In this document: positions 1 through 7,882 of the stretch, piece after piece
How the letters are laid out: every line of letters begins with the position of its first letter
Numbering within the stretch: position 1 is the first letter of the stretch
IMG/VR virus record: IMGVR_UViG_3300026953_000016
Span: 1-53,086 of that record
DNA from: a virus
Lineage: Duplodnaviria; Caudoviricetes
Direction: 5' to 3' (one strand)
DNA length: 53,086 nt
The notes under the pieces: generated by a model
Database searches by the model: none
What the model was told of the DNA's origin: nothing
What the model saw: only the letters and a program-made list of their open reading frames with translations
Program-made: the position numbers and the translations under genes

Positions 1-1275
1 TTATACCAGCTTTTCCACGCCGCGGGCGCGCTGGCGATCGGCGTCCTCGTCCGGCCAAAGGTGGCCGTAGGTGTCAAGGGTCATCTTCAGGGTCGCGTGA
101 CCGATCAGCTTCTGCAGCCGCTTTGGTGAAATGCCCTGTTCGATCTGGAGTGAGGCGTAGACGTGGCGCAATGTGTGCGGGCCGAATAGTGGAGCTTTGT
201 AATCGGCGTTGGCAGCCGCATTGTTCCGGATGTGCTCGTCCGCTAGCGTGGCGGCGACCAATCCGCAATGGTTCATCAAGGGGGTCCAGAACCATGCGCG
301 GAAGCTGGGGTAGGACCAGATTCCGCCGCTCTCATTCGGGAAGGCCATGAGGGGCGCCGAGGCATCCGTGCTTGCGATGATCTCTCCTGCCTGGGCCCGT
401 TCGTTTCCCGCTCTCCTGTCCGCGAGGGCGGCCCTGCGGCTCAGTTTCTTCGGTTGGGGCTTGGGCGCCTTCAGGAGCCACAGGCGCAAAGCCTGTGCCG
501 TCTCTGGGCCGAGATCGACCTCACGCCGGCTGGCGGCACTCTTCACTGAGCCGATGACGTTGTAGCGATCAGCGCGCTGATAAATCTCAAGCTTTGGCCG
601 ATCGCCCTTAAGATGGCAGGCCTCTCTCGGCAGCCCGCGAAGTTCGGACATGCGCAAACCGCCGAACATGAGGATCTGAACTACTGCAAGGGCGCGGCCG
701 GTGTCGTCGAACGACCTTGCGCCTTCTATGAGGGCTTTCAATTGTTCTCTGCTTGGAAGCTCAAACGATGCGTCCTTGCCGGCATCGGGACGCCGTTTGA
801 CTTTGACCTCGGTGTCGCGGATGGGATTGCTTGAGAGCCAGCCGCTGCGGGCGCCATGCTTACATATCTGCGACAAGGTGGTGCGGATTTTCGTGATGGA
901 CTTTGCGTTCACCCGGCCAATTAGGCGATTAAGGAAGAGCTGCGCCTCTGGTGTGCCGAGGGAGGAACATCGCGTATCGGCCAATTCGGCATCGCTCAGG
1001 ATGTGGTTGTTGATGTGGCTACGCAGCATATCGATGTAGCTGCGCTCGCGTTCTCCGGTGTCGACCAAGCTCTGCATGTATTCGAGATAGTCTGTTGCAA
1101 GCTGCCGGAAGGGCGCCGATGATGTTGGGCGGCTGCCTTCAACCTCTATGCGCTTGGCGTTCGCCTCGCGGGAGGTGTCGAACATTTCCGATACACGCTT
1201 ACCGCTGGCGTCGGTCCAGACTGTTTGAAAGCGGACCTTTCCGCTTGGGAGTTTGCGCTTGCGGATATAGGCCAT
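1..1275 (-). CDS. int: Tyrosine recombinase / phage integrase
   Basis: Catalytic motifs GLRMSELRGL (R), HTLRH (HxxR), LIGHA...TLDTYGH (H, Y); arm-binding-like N-terminus. Confidence 0.95.
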   Translation of the reverse strand: MAYIRKRKLPSGKVRFQTVWTDASGKRVSEMFDTSREANAKRIEVEGSRPTSSAPFRQLATDYLEYMQSLVDTGERERSYIDMLRSHINNHILSDAELADTRCSSLGTPEAQLFLNRLIGRVNAKSITKIRTTLSQICKHGARSGWLSSNPIRDTEVKVKRRPDAGKDASFELPSREQLKALIEGARSFDDTGRALAVVQILMFGGLRMSELRGLPREACHLKGDRPKLEIYQRADRYNVIGSVKSAASRREVDLGPETAQALRLWLLKAPKPQPKKLSRRAALADRRAGNERAQAGEIIASTDASAPLMAFPNESGGIWSYPSFRAWFWTPLMNHCGLVAATLADEHIRNNAAANADYKAPLFGPHTLRHVYASLQIEQGISPKRLQKLIGHATLKMTLDTYGHLWPDEDADRQRARGVEKLV

Positions 1276-1311
1276 GGTTGGGAAATCGCATCAATTCGCT
1301 TGGATCGGACT

Positions 1312-1551
1312 CTAGCTGTGATCGGGTGTCAAGGTTTTCGGGGCCTTGAGGGCGGCCACAAGCTCGGATTTGAAGGCATAAATCCCGAAACCTGAGAGTT
1401 TCCGAATGGGGAGCGCGCCCGCGGTGCGGGCGTGGTAAACCTGCCGCACCGTCCAGGAGGCACCAAGGGTCGTGAGAAACTTGGCGATTTCCTCCGGCCC
1501 TTTGACCATTTCGTCTGCGACCAGGTCGGGCGGGTTGGTATGTACATTCAT
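1312..1551 (-). CDS. Excisionase-like small DNA-binding protein
   Basis: 79 aa from ATG 1551, directly upstream of int; winged-helix-like pattern GPEEIAKFL...RQVYH...LPIRK...IYAFKSEL. Confidence 0.65.
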   Translation of the reverse strand: MNVHTNPPDLVADEMVKGPEEIAKFLTTLGASWTVRQVYHARTAGALPIRKLSGFGIYAFKSELVAALKAPKTLTPDHS

Positions 1552-1811
1552 GGCTTTTCCCCGAACAGGTTTGGGGTGTTTTCCGCGTGATAGCCTTTGT
1601 CCCAGCCGAGTTCGCGCGCCTTCCATTCGGCTAGGCGAATGGGGCGCTCTTCGCCGGCAAAGGCGCCTGCGAGCTCGCGGGTATCGTTTTCATGGAACAC
1701 CGAGCGGGGCAGCCAGATTGGCTGGCGATGGGCTCCGCGCGAGACGAGGACTGATGCAGGGCGCACCTCATGGATGCGCAACCGGACGAAGGTATATCGG
1801 CGCTGGTTCAT
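1548..1811 (-). CDS. Hypothetical phage protein
   Basis: 87 aa; overlaps both neighbours by 4 nt (translational coupling). Confidence 0.6.
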   Translation of the reverse strand: MNQRRYTFVRLRIHEVRPASVLVSRGAHRQPIWLPRSVFHENDTRELAGAFAGEERPIRLAEWKARELGWDKGYHAENTPNLFGEKP

Positions 1812-2812
1812 GGTGTCCCATAGAATGTGGTGTGTAACCGCAAACTCTTGATCAGGTTTGCGCTATCGGCCCATCGCACATGGCCGAGCCACGCAGCAGT
1901 GAATTTGCGCAACCGCTCCGCATCACCTCGATCGCGATAGGCTTTGAGTTTGCGGCGTGCGCGCGTGACGCTCGTCTTTCGTAGCAGCTTGTGAGTTCTC
2001 CAGATGCGATAACCCAGAAAGTTGATGCCGCGTGTGGCGCTGGCGATGGACCATTTTGAGAAGGTGAGGCCGAGGTGGTCTCGCGCATAGGCTTCGATCG
2101 ACTGCTTCACGCAGCGCAGATGGTCTGGGCTTTTTCCGAGCACGACGACATCATCCATATAGCGATACCAGAGGCGTTCTTTGAGAATTTGCTGGAGGTG
2201 CCGATCAAGTGTCGCGCCAAGATATAGGTTGGCGAAGATCTGCGATGTCAGGCTGCCGATCGGAAGTCCGATGCCATCGCGTGATATCATCGCCTCTATC
2301 AGTCTCAGCGTCGCGCGGCAGGAAATTTTTGCTTCGATTAGCTTCCAGAGCGTGGCGTGATTGATCGATGCGAAATAGGCGCGGAAGTCTGTCTTGAGGA
2401 AGTGGAGGGGAGCGCCGCTGCGTGATATGCGCCGCATCTCGCTCTGCAATTGCTTCACGCCGACGTGGACACCTTTGCCGGGGCGGCAGGCAAAAGCGCG
2501 CGGTAACAGAGTAGCTTCGAAAATCGGCCCAATGATGAGGCATAGTGCCTGCTGGGCGACACGGTCGCGGAAAGGAAGCGCTGAAATCAGCCGCTTTTTT
2601 GGGTCGAATACGTGGAACTGATAGGGCTCACCTGGTGTGTACAGTCCTTCGCGCATCTCATGGGCGAGATCAGCAAGGTTGAGTGGTGCATATTCTTTGA
2701 ACTCGAGATAGCCGGACGATTGCCTTTTGCCGGCACTGGTGAGCCGGTAAGCCTCGGCCAAGTTCTCCGGCGAGGTGATTTTGTCGATCAGGTTTCGAAA
2801 TCGTCGGGTCAT
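1808..2812 (-). CDS. DGR reverse transcriptase
   Basis: RT motifs PKKRLISALPFRDRVAQ, FACRPGKGVH, LKTDFRAYFASI, GLPIGSLTSQ (DGR-type SQ), YRYMDD, GINFLGY; no maturase/endonuclease domain. Core start taken as ATG 2812 (334 aa), but the frame stays open upstream through TR. Confidence 0.95.
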   Translation of the reverse strand: MTRRFRNLIDKITSPENLAEAYRLTSAGKRQSSGYLEFKEYAPLNLADLAHEMREGLYTPGEPYQFHVFDPKKRLISALPFRDRVAQQALCLIIGPIFEATLLPRAFACRPGKGVHVGVKQLQSEMRRISRSGAPLHFLKTDFRAYFASINHATLWKLIEAKISCRATLRLIEAMISRDGIGLPIGSLTSQIFANLYLGATLDRHLQQILKERLWYRYMDDVVVLGKSPDHLRCVKQSIEAYARDHLGLTFSKWSIASATRGINFLGYRIWRTHKLLRKTSVTRARRKLKAYRDRGDAERLRKFTAAWLGHVRWADSANLIKSLRLHTTFYGTP

Positions 2813-2992
2813 TTCATTACGGCCAATTGAGAGGGGTGCCGGCCGCGGGTCTCGACGGATTGCTCCGCTACGCCCCGCTATGCCGGACCTTGAAGTGTGT
2901 TCGCCGAAGCAGGACGAATGGGCTGACCACCAGCCTTGACTGGATGTGGCCGGCCGGCGAGACCGTAATCTGCACCGAGCCGAAATCTGGTC
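2813..2992 (-). ncRNA. DGR spacer RNA segment between TR and RT (putative structured priming region)
   Basis: Same position as the Sp region of the Bordetella BPP-1 DGR; hairpins GGCTG-GTGGT-CAGCC (2921-2935) and CGGA-GCAA-TCCG; inverted repeat GGTCTCG/CGAGACC (2848-2854 and 2958-2964). Confidence 0.6.
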
Positions 2993-3117
2993 GTCACTGC
3001 GGCCCCGAGCGCCCAAATTGTCGTTCGAGTTGTCGTTCCAGTTGTCGAGGTTCGCGTAGCGCGAGCCCGCGTTATTGTCGTTGAACCACGACCCGCCGAA
3101 AATGGAGGCACGCGGCT
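2993..3117 (-). repeat. DGR template repeat (TR)
   Basis: 125 bp aligning without gaps to 3582-3706 and 7900-8024; 9 AAY codons; differences from the two VRs fall almost entirely at TR adenines; divergent 3' end (IMH*) AGTGACGACCAGATT. Confidence 0.97.
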
Positions 3118-3120
3118 GCG

Positions 3121-3522
3121 TCATGTCCCCACCCGCCCTTTTCGTGGGCTTGTGACCTCCGAAACCTTGAGCTTTTGCTGCCAAGCGTTGAGCATGCGCC
3201 CGGCCTCAGCAAGCCGGGCTAACGCCACGGCATGCTGTTTTGGGGTGACAATGCGGATGCCGTCCTGACAGAGTAGACGAAGAAATGCGCGCAAAGTCGC
3301 GAATTCTGCATCCACGGCATATAGCCGGGATATCTGCCGCGACTTGGCGGCATGATAGAGGCCACCGATGGGTGCAAACAAGGCAGCCAGAACCGTGTCT
3401 CGCAGCACACCGTGGCGGCGCGGGCTGTTTTGCAGAATCGGGTAGATATAGGTCACAAAGGCCTCGTATTTCTCGACGATTGCCAAAGCGCTGACCGCTG
3501 AGGTTTCATCTTTGGCAATCAT
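3121..3522 (-). CDS. avd: DGR accessory variability determinant (Avd-like four-helix protein)
   Basis: 133 aa, basic and helical (IVEKYEAFVTYIYP...RLYAVDAEFATLRAFLRL...EAGRMLNAW); lies between target gene and TR as in canonical DGRs. Confidence 0.9.
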   Translation of the reverse strand: MIAKDETSAVSALAIVEKYEAFVTYIYPILQNSPRRHGVLRDTVLAALFAPIGGLYHAAKSRQISRLYAVDAEFATLRAFLRLLCQDGIRIVTPKQHAVALARLAEAGRMLNAWQQKLKVSEVTSPRKGRVGT

Positions 3523-3544
3523 CGAGATCTCCGAAATTTCAGAG

Positions 3545-3564
3545 GCCGCCGCTGTCGCGTCGGC
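3545..3564 (-). promoter_or_regulatory. DGR target-recognition hairpin downstream of VR1
   Basis: GCCGACGC-GACA-GCGGCGGC: 8-bp stem with one mismatch and a GRNA loop, at the target stop codon. Confidence 0.8.
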
Positions 3565-4460
3565 TAAGCAAGTTGCAGGTGGTCACTGCGGCCCCGAGCG
3601 CCCAAACTGACGAACGAGTTGTCGATCCAGTAGCCCAGGTACGCGAAGCGCGAGCCCGCGACACCGCCGCTGAACCACGACCCGCCGAAAATGGAGGCAC
3701 GCGGCTCATCCGGATCGCCGTCATGACCCCAAACCCACAGATTGCCGGTCGCCTGCATCACGCCGAAGCGGCTGGTGCGCGGCGCATCAATGCCAGTGGT
3801 TTCGGGATCGCGCGAGGCGGCTGTCTTTTCGGTCACTCCGAAAGATGCGGCAAAGAACTCATAGACGCTGAGCAGTCCTTTTCCATGCGCTGCCATTACT
3901 GCTTTGGCTGTCGCGTAGTCGAAGCTTGCTGTTTTTTTGCCTTCTGCATTGATTGGCAAGTCTTCTCCATCAGCAATAGTCACACCAAACTTGCTGGTGC
4001 CATTGCTGAGGTGATGTGTGCCGGTCAGATAAATGTCGCACCAGAAGCGAGTGCCGTTGGCTTCAACCAGAACCATTCCCCGCGGATCAGGGCACGCCGG
4101 GCGGAAGCCGACATCCCAAAGCGAGCAGGGGTTGATCGCTGGAATGTCATCGCCCCCACTTCTGGCCGTCGCATTTCCGCCAGTAGCATAGTGAAACCCA
4201 CCCAGCAGGGTCTCGCCTTCCGGGATGCCAACCGGTCGTGAAACCGACATAGCGGTCCCGTCGAAGTGGACTGCGTAGTCTGCGCCGGGGATATAGCCAG
4301 GCACTCCGGTGGCATCGAGATGGCGGGGGACTGGCGTGTCCTCAACGAATGTATAATCGCCAAAAATAGTTCCAGCTCTGATGACAAGGCTATCACGACC
4401 TGTAACATTGAAGATCGGGGAGTTCGTGTCAGGCCTAATCAGCTTTGGGTGTGTGCTCAT
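3564..4460 (-). CDS. DGR target protein 1, Mtd-like with C-terminal C-type-lectin-fold variable domain
   Basis: 298 aa with GGAGA RBS; motifs GGFHYA, SLWDVGFRP..DPRGM, FWCDIY, GTSKFGVTIADG, QATGNLWVWG, FGGSW...GARGRSDHL match what I recall of BPP-1 Mtd; VR1 at the 3' end. Confidence 0.92.
   Translation of the reverse strand: MSTHPKLIRPDTNSPIFNVTGRDSLVIRAGTIFGDYTFVEDTPVPRHLDATGVPGYIPGADYAVHFDGTAMSVSRPVGIPEGETLLGGFHYATGGNATARSGGDDIPAINPCSLWDVGFRPACPDPRGMVLVEANGTRFWCDIYLTGTHHLSNGTSKFGVTIADGEDLPINAEGKKTASFDYATAKAVMAAHGKGLLSVYEFFAASFGVTEKTAASRDPETTGIDAPRTSRFGVMQATGNLWVWGHDGDPDEPRASIFGGSWFSGGVAGSRFAYLGYWIDNSFVSLGARGRSDHLQLA
3582..3706 (-). repeat. DGR variable repeat VR1
   Basis: Manual alignment to TR: 15 differences at TR adenines plus one synonymous C>G (3636); followed by IMH CACCTGCAA. 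Confidence 0.97.
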
Positions 4461-4475
4461 ATCGGTCTCCGATGG

Positions 4476-5024
4476 CTAGCCGCCAAGCAAATCTTCTTTG
4501 GCGGTGATGGGGTTGACGGGAATTTTGTTCAGAGATGGCGCCAGCTCATATTCGAGCGCGATGGCTATATCGGTAGGTACATTGAAGAAGCCGAGCGCCC
4601 CCTTGAATGGGATGAAGTGGATGGGGCGAACATCTCTAAGTTCCAAGCCGACGGGCCCGAAAAACCACGGTGATGCGCTGCTGCTGGTCAATCCGCTAAG
4701 TCGGGCGATGCCCAGAAATCCGCCACGGCGCAACTGGTCAAATGCTGGTAGGGGAATGCGGGTAGGCTTAGCGCATTTATTTGGCCTGGAATTCGTCAGG
4801 ACAGCTTGGCCGATCTCAGTGTTGCGGTAGAAATCCGCAAATTCGCGATATTCCGCAACTGTCATTCCTGCTGCTGCATGAATGAGAAAGGATTGGCGCG
4901 TTATGGCTAAATCGACGGCATCACGATATCCCTGGTACCGTGGGGACCAATCGCGGTTTTCAACATCCTTACCGGCATAAAGGATGGCCCAGGCCCAAGG
5001 TTGGCGGATCGATAGTGCTTTCAT
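4476..5024 (-). CDS. ASCH-domain protein
   Basis: MKALSIRQPWAWAILYAGKDVENRDW ... LIHAA ... GGFLG ... PWFFGP ... KGALGFF. Confidence 0.85.
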   Translation of the reverse strand: MKALSIRQPWAWAILYAGKDVENRDWSPRYQGYRDAVDLAITRQSFLIHAAAGMTVAEYREFADFYRNTEIGQAVLTNSRPNKCAKPTRIPLPAFDQLRRGGFLGIARLSGLTSSSASPWFFGPVGLELRDVRPIHFIPFKGALGFFNVPTDIAIALEYELAPSLNKIPVNPITAKEDLLGG

Positions 5025-5034
5025 GATGTCCACC

Positions 5035-6150
5035 TCACACTTTCATGGGCATGATGACGTGGATGGCGTTGTTGTCTTCGGTGTCGATCACGCGAATGGG
5101 CGATTGCGGATCCATGGTCAGGATTTTGACGGACCGACTTCCAATCGCGCTCAACGTATCGCGCAAATAGTTGGCGTCGGCACCGAAGGTGATCTCCCGG
5201 CCATCTATCTCGGCGTTGACATCTTTGGTTGCCACTTCACCGGTATCGGTGACGGCTGACAGCATGATGCTGCTTTTGGTGCAATCGATCCTGACCACGG
5301 TCGTTTTGCCGCTGAGCACGACTGACACGAGATTGATGGCCTTCAGGGCGGCCTCAGTCATAACGGTAGCGGTGTGCGTGTACTTTGCCACATCCGGGAT
5401 GATGCATTCATATTCCGGAAAATCGCCGTCGATCAGCTTGGATGTCAGTATCGTGCGCCCGACAGAGGCCGAGATGCGGTTTGTGCATGCGGATATTTCC
5501 ACCGCCGCCTTGAGATCATCCGTGATCCGATACATCTCCGTGACCATCTTTTCGGGCACGATGATGCCCGGCAGGTTTTCTGCGCCGGCCGGAAGGGGAG
5601 ATGAATAGATGGCGGCGCGATAGCTATCGCATGCTGCGGCGCGCAGCGTGCCGGAGTAGTGCTTATGGAGATATAGCCCGCAAAGATAATAGCGCGTGGT
5701 TTCGCTGGAGATCGCGAACCGCGTCTTCGCGATCATGCGGAGCAGGTCTTCGGATGAAATATTGAATTTTGCCGTAAAGGCATCACCGCCAAGCTTGGGG
5801 AAATCCGCGGCTGGCAGAGTTGCCAACTCAAACCTGGCGGAGCCGCAATGCAGTTTAATGCGGTTGCCGTTGTTGGCGTCCTCGAAGCCGATCTCCGAGC
5901 CGGAGGGAAGTTCGCGCACAATGTCATATAGCGTTTGCGCGGGAACGGTGATCGCGCCGAAGTCATCAATCTGCGCGTCTATCCGTTCCGACATTTCCAT
6001 GTCGCAATCCGTGGCGCAGATTTTGAGCTCAGTTCCATCCGCAGTCAGAAGCACGTTGTTGATGACGGGTATGGTGTTGCGGCGGGGAACGACACCCAGC
6101 ACATGCTTCATAGCCCGCGTGAGAGCGGATTGATCGATGATGAATTTCAT
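5035..6150 (-). CDS. dnaN: DNA polymerase III beta subunit (sliding clamp), phage-encoded
   Basis: 371 aa; RRNTIPVINNVLL, ATDCDM, FAISSETTRYYLCG, SKLIDGDFPEY, C-terminal VIMPMKV. Confidence 0.93.
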   Translation of the reverse strand: MKFIIDQSALTRAMKHVLGVVPRRNTIPVINNVLLTADGTELKICATDCDMEMSERIDAQIDDFGAITVPAQTLYDIVRELPSGSEIGFEDANNGNRIKLHCGSARFELATLPAADFPKLGGDAFTAKFNISSEDLLRMIAKTRFAISSETTRYYLCGLYLHKHYSGTLRAAACDSYRAAIYSSPLPAGAENLPGIIVPEKMVTEMYRITDDLKAAVEISACTNRISASVGRTILTSKLIDGDFPEYECIIPDVAKYTHTATVMTEAALKAINLVSVVLSGKTTVVRIDCTKSSIMLSAVTDTGEVATKDVNAEIDGREITFGADANYLRDTLSAIGSRSVKILTMDPQSPIRVIDTEDNNAIHVIMPMKV

Positions 6151-6485
6151 GAGGCAGAGTCCTCGGTAGCGCGACACTTGGGTGCGGCCGCGTAGGCTTT
6201 GCAGACGTCGTGGATTGAGCGACGGCTAGCTTCGCGCTCGATGAGCACAAGAGCTTCTTCGAATTGACCTGCGCGGATGAGGGGGGGCAGTGCTTCAAGG
6301 GTGTCGCCGTCATCGGTGCGGTAGCGCGTGAGCGCTTGAACCTCATGAAGCGCATTGTCTGCCATGCGGTTCCGCAGATAAGTAGCAAGCATGCCGCTTG
6401 CGCCGTTGCAGCCGGTCAAATACCCGAAGCTGGTACCGCTTCGAGCAAGTGCGCCAGCGGAACGCTTGGCCCCTGTGTCGGTCAT
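6147..6485 (-). CDS. Hypothetical protein
   Basis: 112 aa, ATGA-coupled to both neighbours; GGAGG RBS. Confidence 0.6.
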   Translation of the reverse strand: MTDTGAKRSAGALARSGTSFGYLTGCNGASGMLATYLRNRMADNALHEVQALTRYRTDDGDTLEALPPLIRAGQFEEALVLIEREASRRSIHDVCKAYAAAPKCRATEDSAS

Positions 6486-6799
6486 ATGCTGACCTCCTGC
6501 ACCGATGGTTTGACCTGGCCATTATGGCTTTGCGGTGTCGGTCCGGTTTGTTGCGCCAGGCATGGCGCATGCAGAAGCTCGGCGTTCGTGACGCAAGTGT
6601 TGTCTTCGCAGACAGTAACGTGTTGCAGGCATTCGCCGAGCCACGTTTTGGTTTTGAGGCATGCGCAAAGCGCTTCCTGACCAAAACGAACATCGGTGTC
6701 ATGCTTGGCCTGCGTGGCTTTCTCGTCACCGCATCCAGCAAGCATCGCTGTGATAGCAACCAATGCCGAGATCAGAACTATGTTGTGGTATTTGGTCAT
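6482..6799 (-). CDS. Putative small Cys-rich lipoprotein
   Basis: Hydrophobic signal followed by lipobox LAG|C; coupled to the dnaA-like stop codon. Confidence 0.55.
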   Translation of the reverse strand: MTKYHNIVLISALVAITAMLAGCGDEKATQAKHDTDVRFGQEALCACLKTKTWLGECLQHVTVCEDNTCVTNAELLHAPCLAQQTGPTPQSHNGQVKPSVQEVSI

Positions 6800-7833
6800 G
6801 GTCTGAGCTCCATTTTGAAGTATCCAGATGCGGCATATTTCGCGGTGATGGTATTGCGCAGGAGCTCGACTTCGCCCTTAAACATCACGTCGTCGCGCAT
6901 CAGCTGTTCTACCCGGCGGCAGGCATGCAAGACGGTAGTGTGATCACGCCCGCCAAAACGGCGTCCGATTTCTGGCAATGAGCGCGTGGTTAGCTGGCGT
7001 GACAGATACATGGCCACCTGGCGCGGGCGGGCGATTTGACGGCAGCGCGAAGGTGATATGAAATCACTCTGGGTCAAATTGTAGAGATTGCTGGTCGAGA
7101 CCATGATGGTATCGATGGTTGGGCGCGGCACCGCTCGGGGAGCACCGATGATGTGTTTCGCGAGTGTTTCAGGAGTGACCGCGTGGACGCTGCTTTGCGC
7201 ATATAATGCTGCCATCGTCACCAGACCAATAATGGCTCTGGGCGTCATAGGCTGGCTCGCGATGGCGGCGATCACCTCATTATTCAGTGTCACGTTCCAT
7301 TTTTCGGTAGCATGTCTGGCGTGCGCTTGAGCAAGCATCAGCCGCCGCTCGTGGTTCCATGGCTCCAGGTCGATGCGATAGCCATCTTGTAGAGATTTCA
7401 GGACTGATGCGGTGATCTTGTCGCGCAGCTTTTCCGGCGCACAATCGGCGGTAACGAGCAGGGGCTTTTTTTCGGCTGTGAATAGCCGCAGCGCGATATT
7501 CAATTCTGTCGCGCGGTTCGCAGCCAACGGAAGGTCATCGATCAAGAGGGCGTCAGCGCCGCTGAGTTCAGCAAAGAAGGCCGACAATGTGCCGCTGCGG
7601 CTGGCTTCGCAGATTCGCCGCATGAATTCCGGTGCCGAAAAATGGCGTGCGTTGAGCCGGTAATTTTGACAGGCGCGGGCGGCGACATTCAAAAGCGTGG
7701 TTTTTCCAAGGCCGGGGGCACCCTGGATATAGATCGTGTCAACACCCTTCGACGGACCTAGCAGCGTTTCGCGGACCACATCGATATCGGCCTGAAGGCG
7801 ATGCGAGGTATTCAGTTCAAACCAATCGGTCAT
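6796..7833 (-). CDS. dnaA: DnaA-like protein (AAA+ domain III plus DNA-binding domain IV; domains I-II absent)
   Basis: Walker A GAPGLGKT, Walker B LLIDD, DnaA signature RPRQVAMYL...SLPEIGRRFGGRDHTTVLHA; start ATG 7833 with GGAGAG RBS (345 aa). Confidence 0.88.
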   Translation of the reverse strand: MTDWFELNTSHRLQADIDVVRETLLGPSKGVDTIYIQGAPGLGKTTLLNVAARACQNYRLNARHFSAPEFMRRICEASRSGTLSAFFAELSGADALLIDDLPLAANRATELNIALRLFTAEKKPLLVTADCAPEKLRDKITASVLKSLQDGYRIDLEPWNHERRLMLAQAHARHATEKWNVTLNNEVIAAIASQPMTPRAIIGLVTMAALYAQSSVHAVTPETLAKHIIGAPRAVPRPTIDTIMVSTSNLYNLTQSDFISPSRCRQIARPRQVAMYLSRQLTTRSLPEIGRRFGGRDHTTVLHACRRVEQLMRDDVMFKGEVELLRNTITAKYAASGYFKMELRP

Positions 7834-7862
7834 AAGGCATCTCTCCATTTGGCTCGATCGAG

Positions 7863-7882
7863 GCCACCGCTGCCGCGGCGGC
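7863..7882 (-). promoter_or_regulatory. DGR target-recognition hairpin downstream of VR2
   Basis: GCCGCCGC-GGCA-GCGGTGGC, at the same position relative to the stop codon as the VR1 hairpin. Confidence 0.8.

Noticed and set aside
1808-2812. RT as a group II intron, retron or Abi-type RT
   Set aside because: No maturase/endonuclease domain or retron signature; the SQ motif, adjacent avd and TR/VR pairs identify a DGR.
5035-7833. Host chromosomal origin region (dnaA-dnaN-recF-gyrB)
   Set aside because: DnaA is truncated and divergent, recF/gyrB are absent, no DnaA-box cluster was seen, and the genes are embedded among phage genes.
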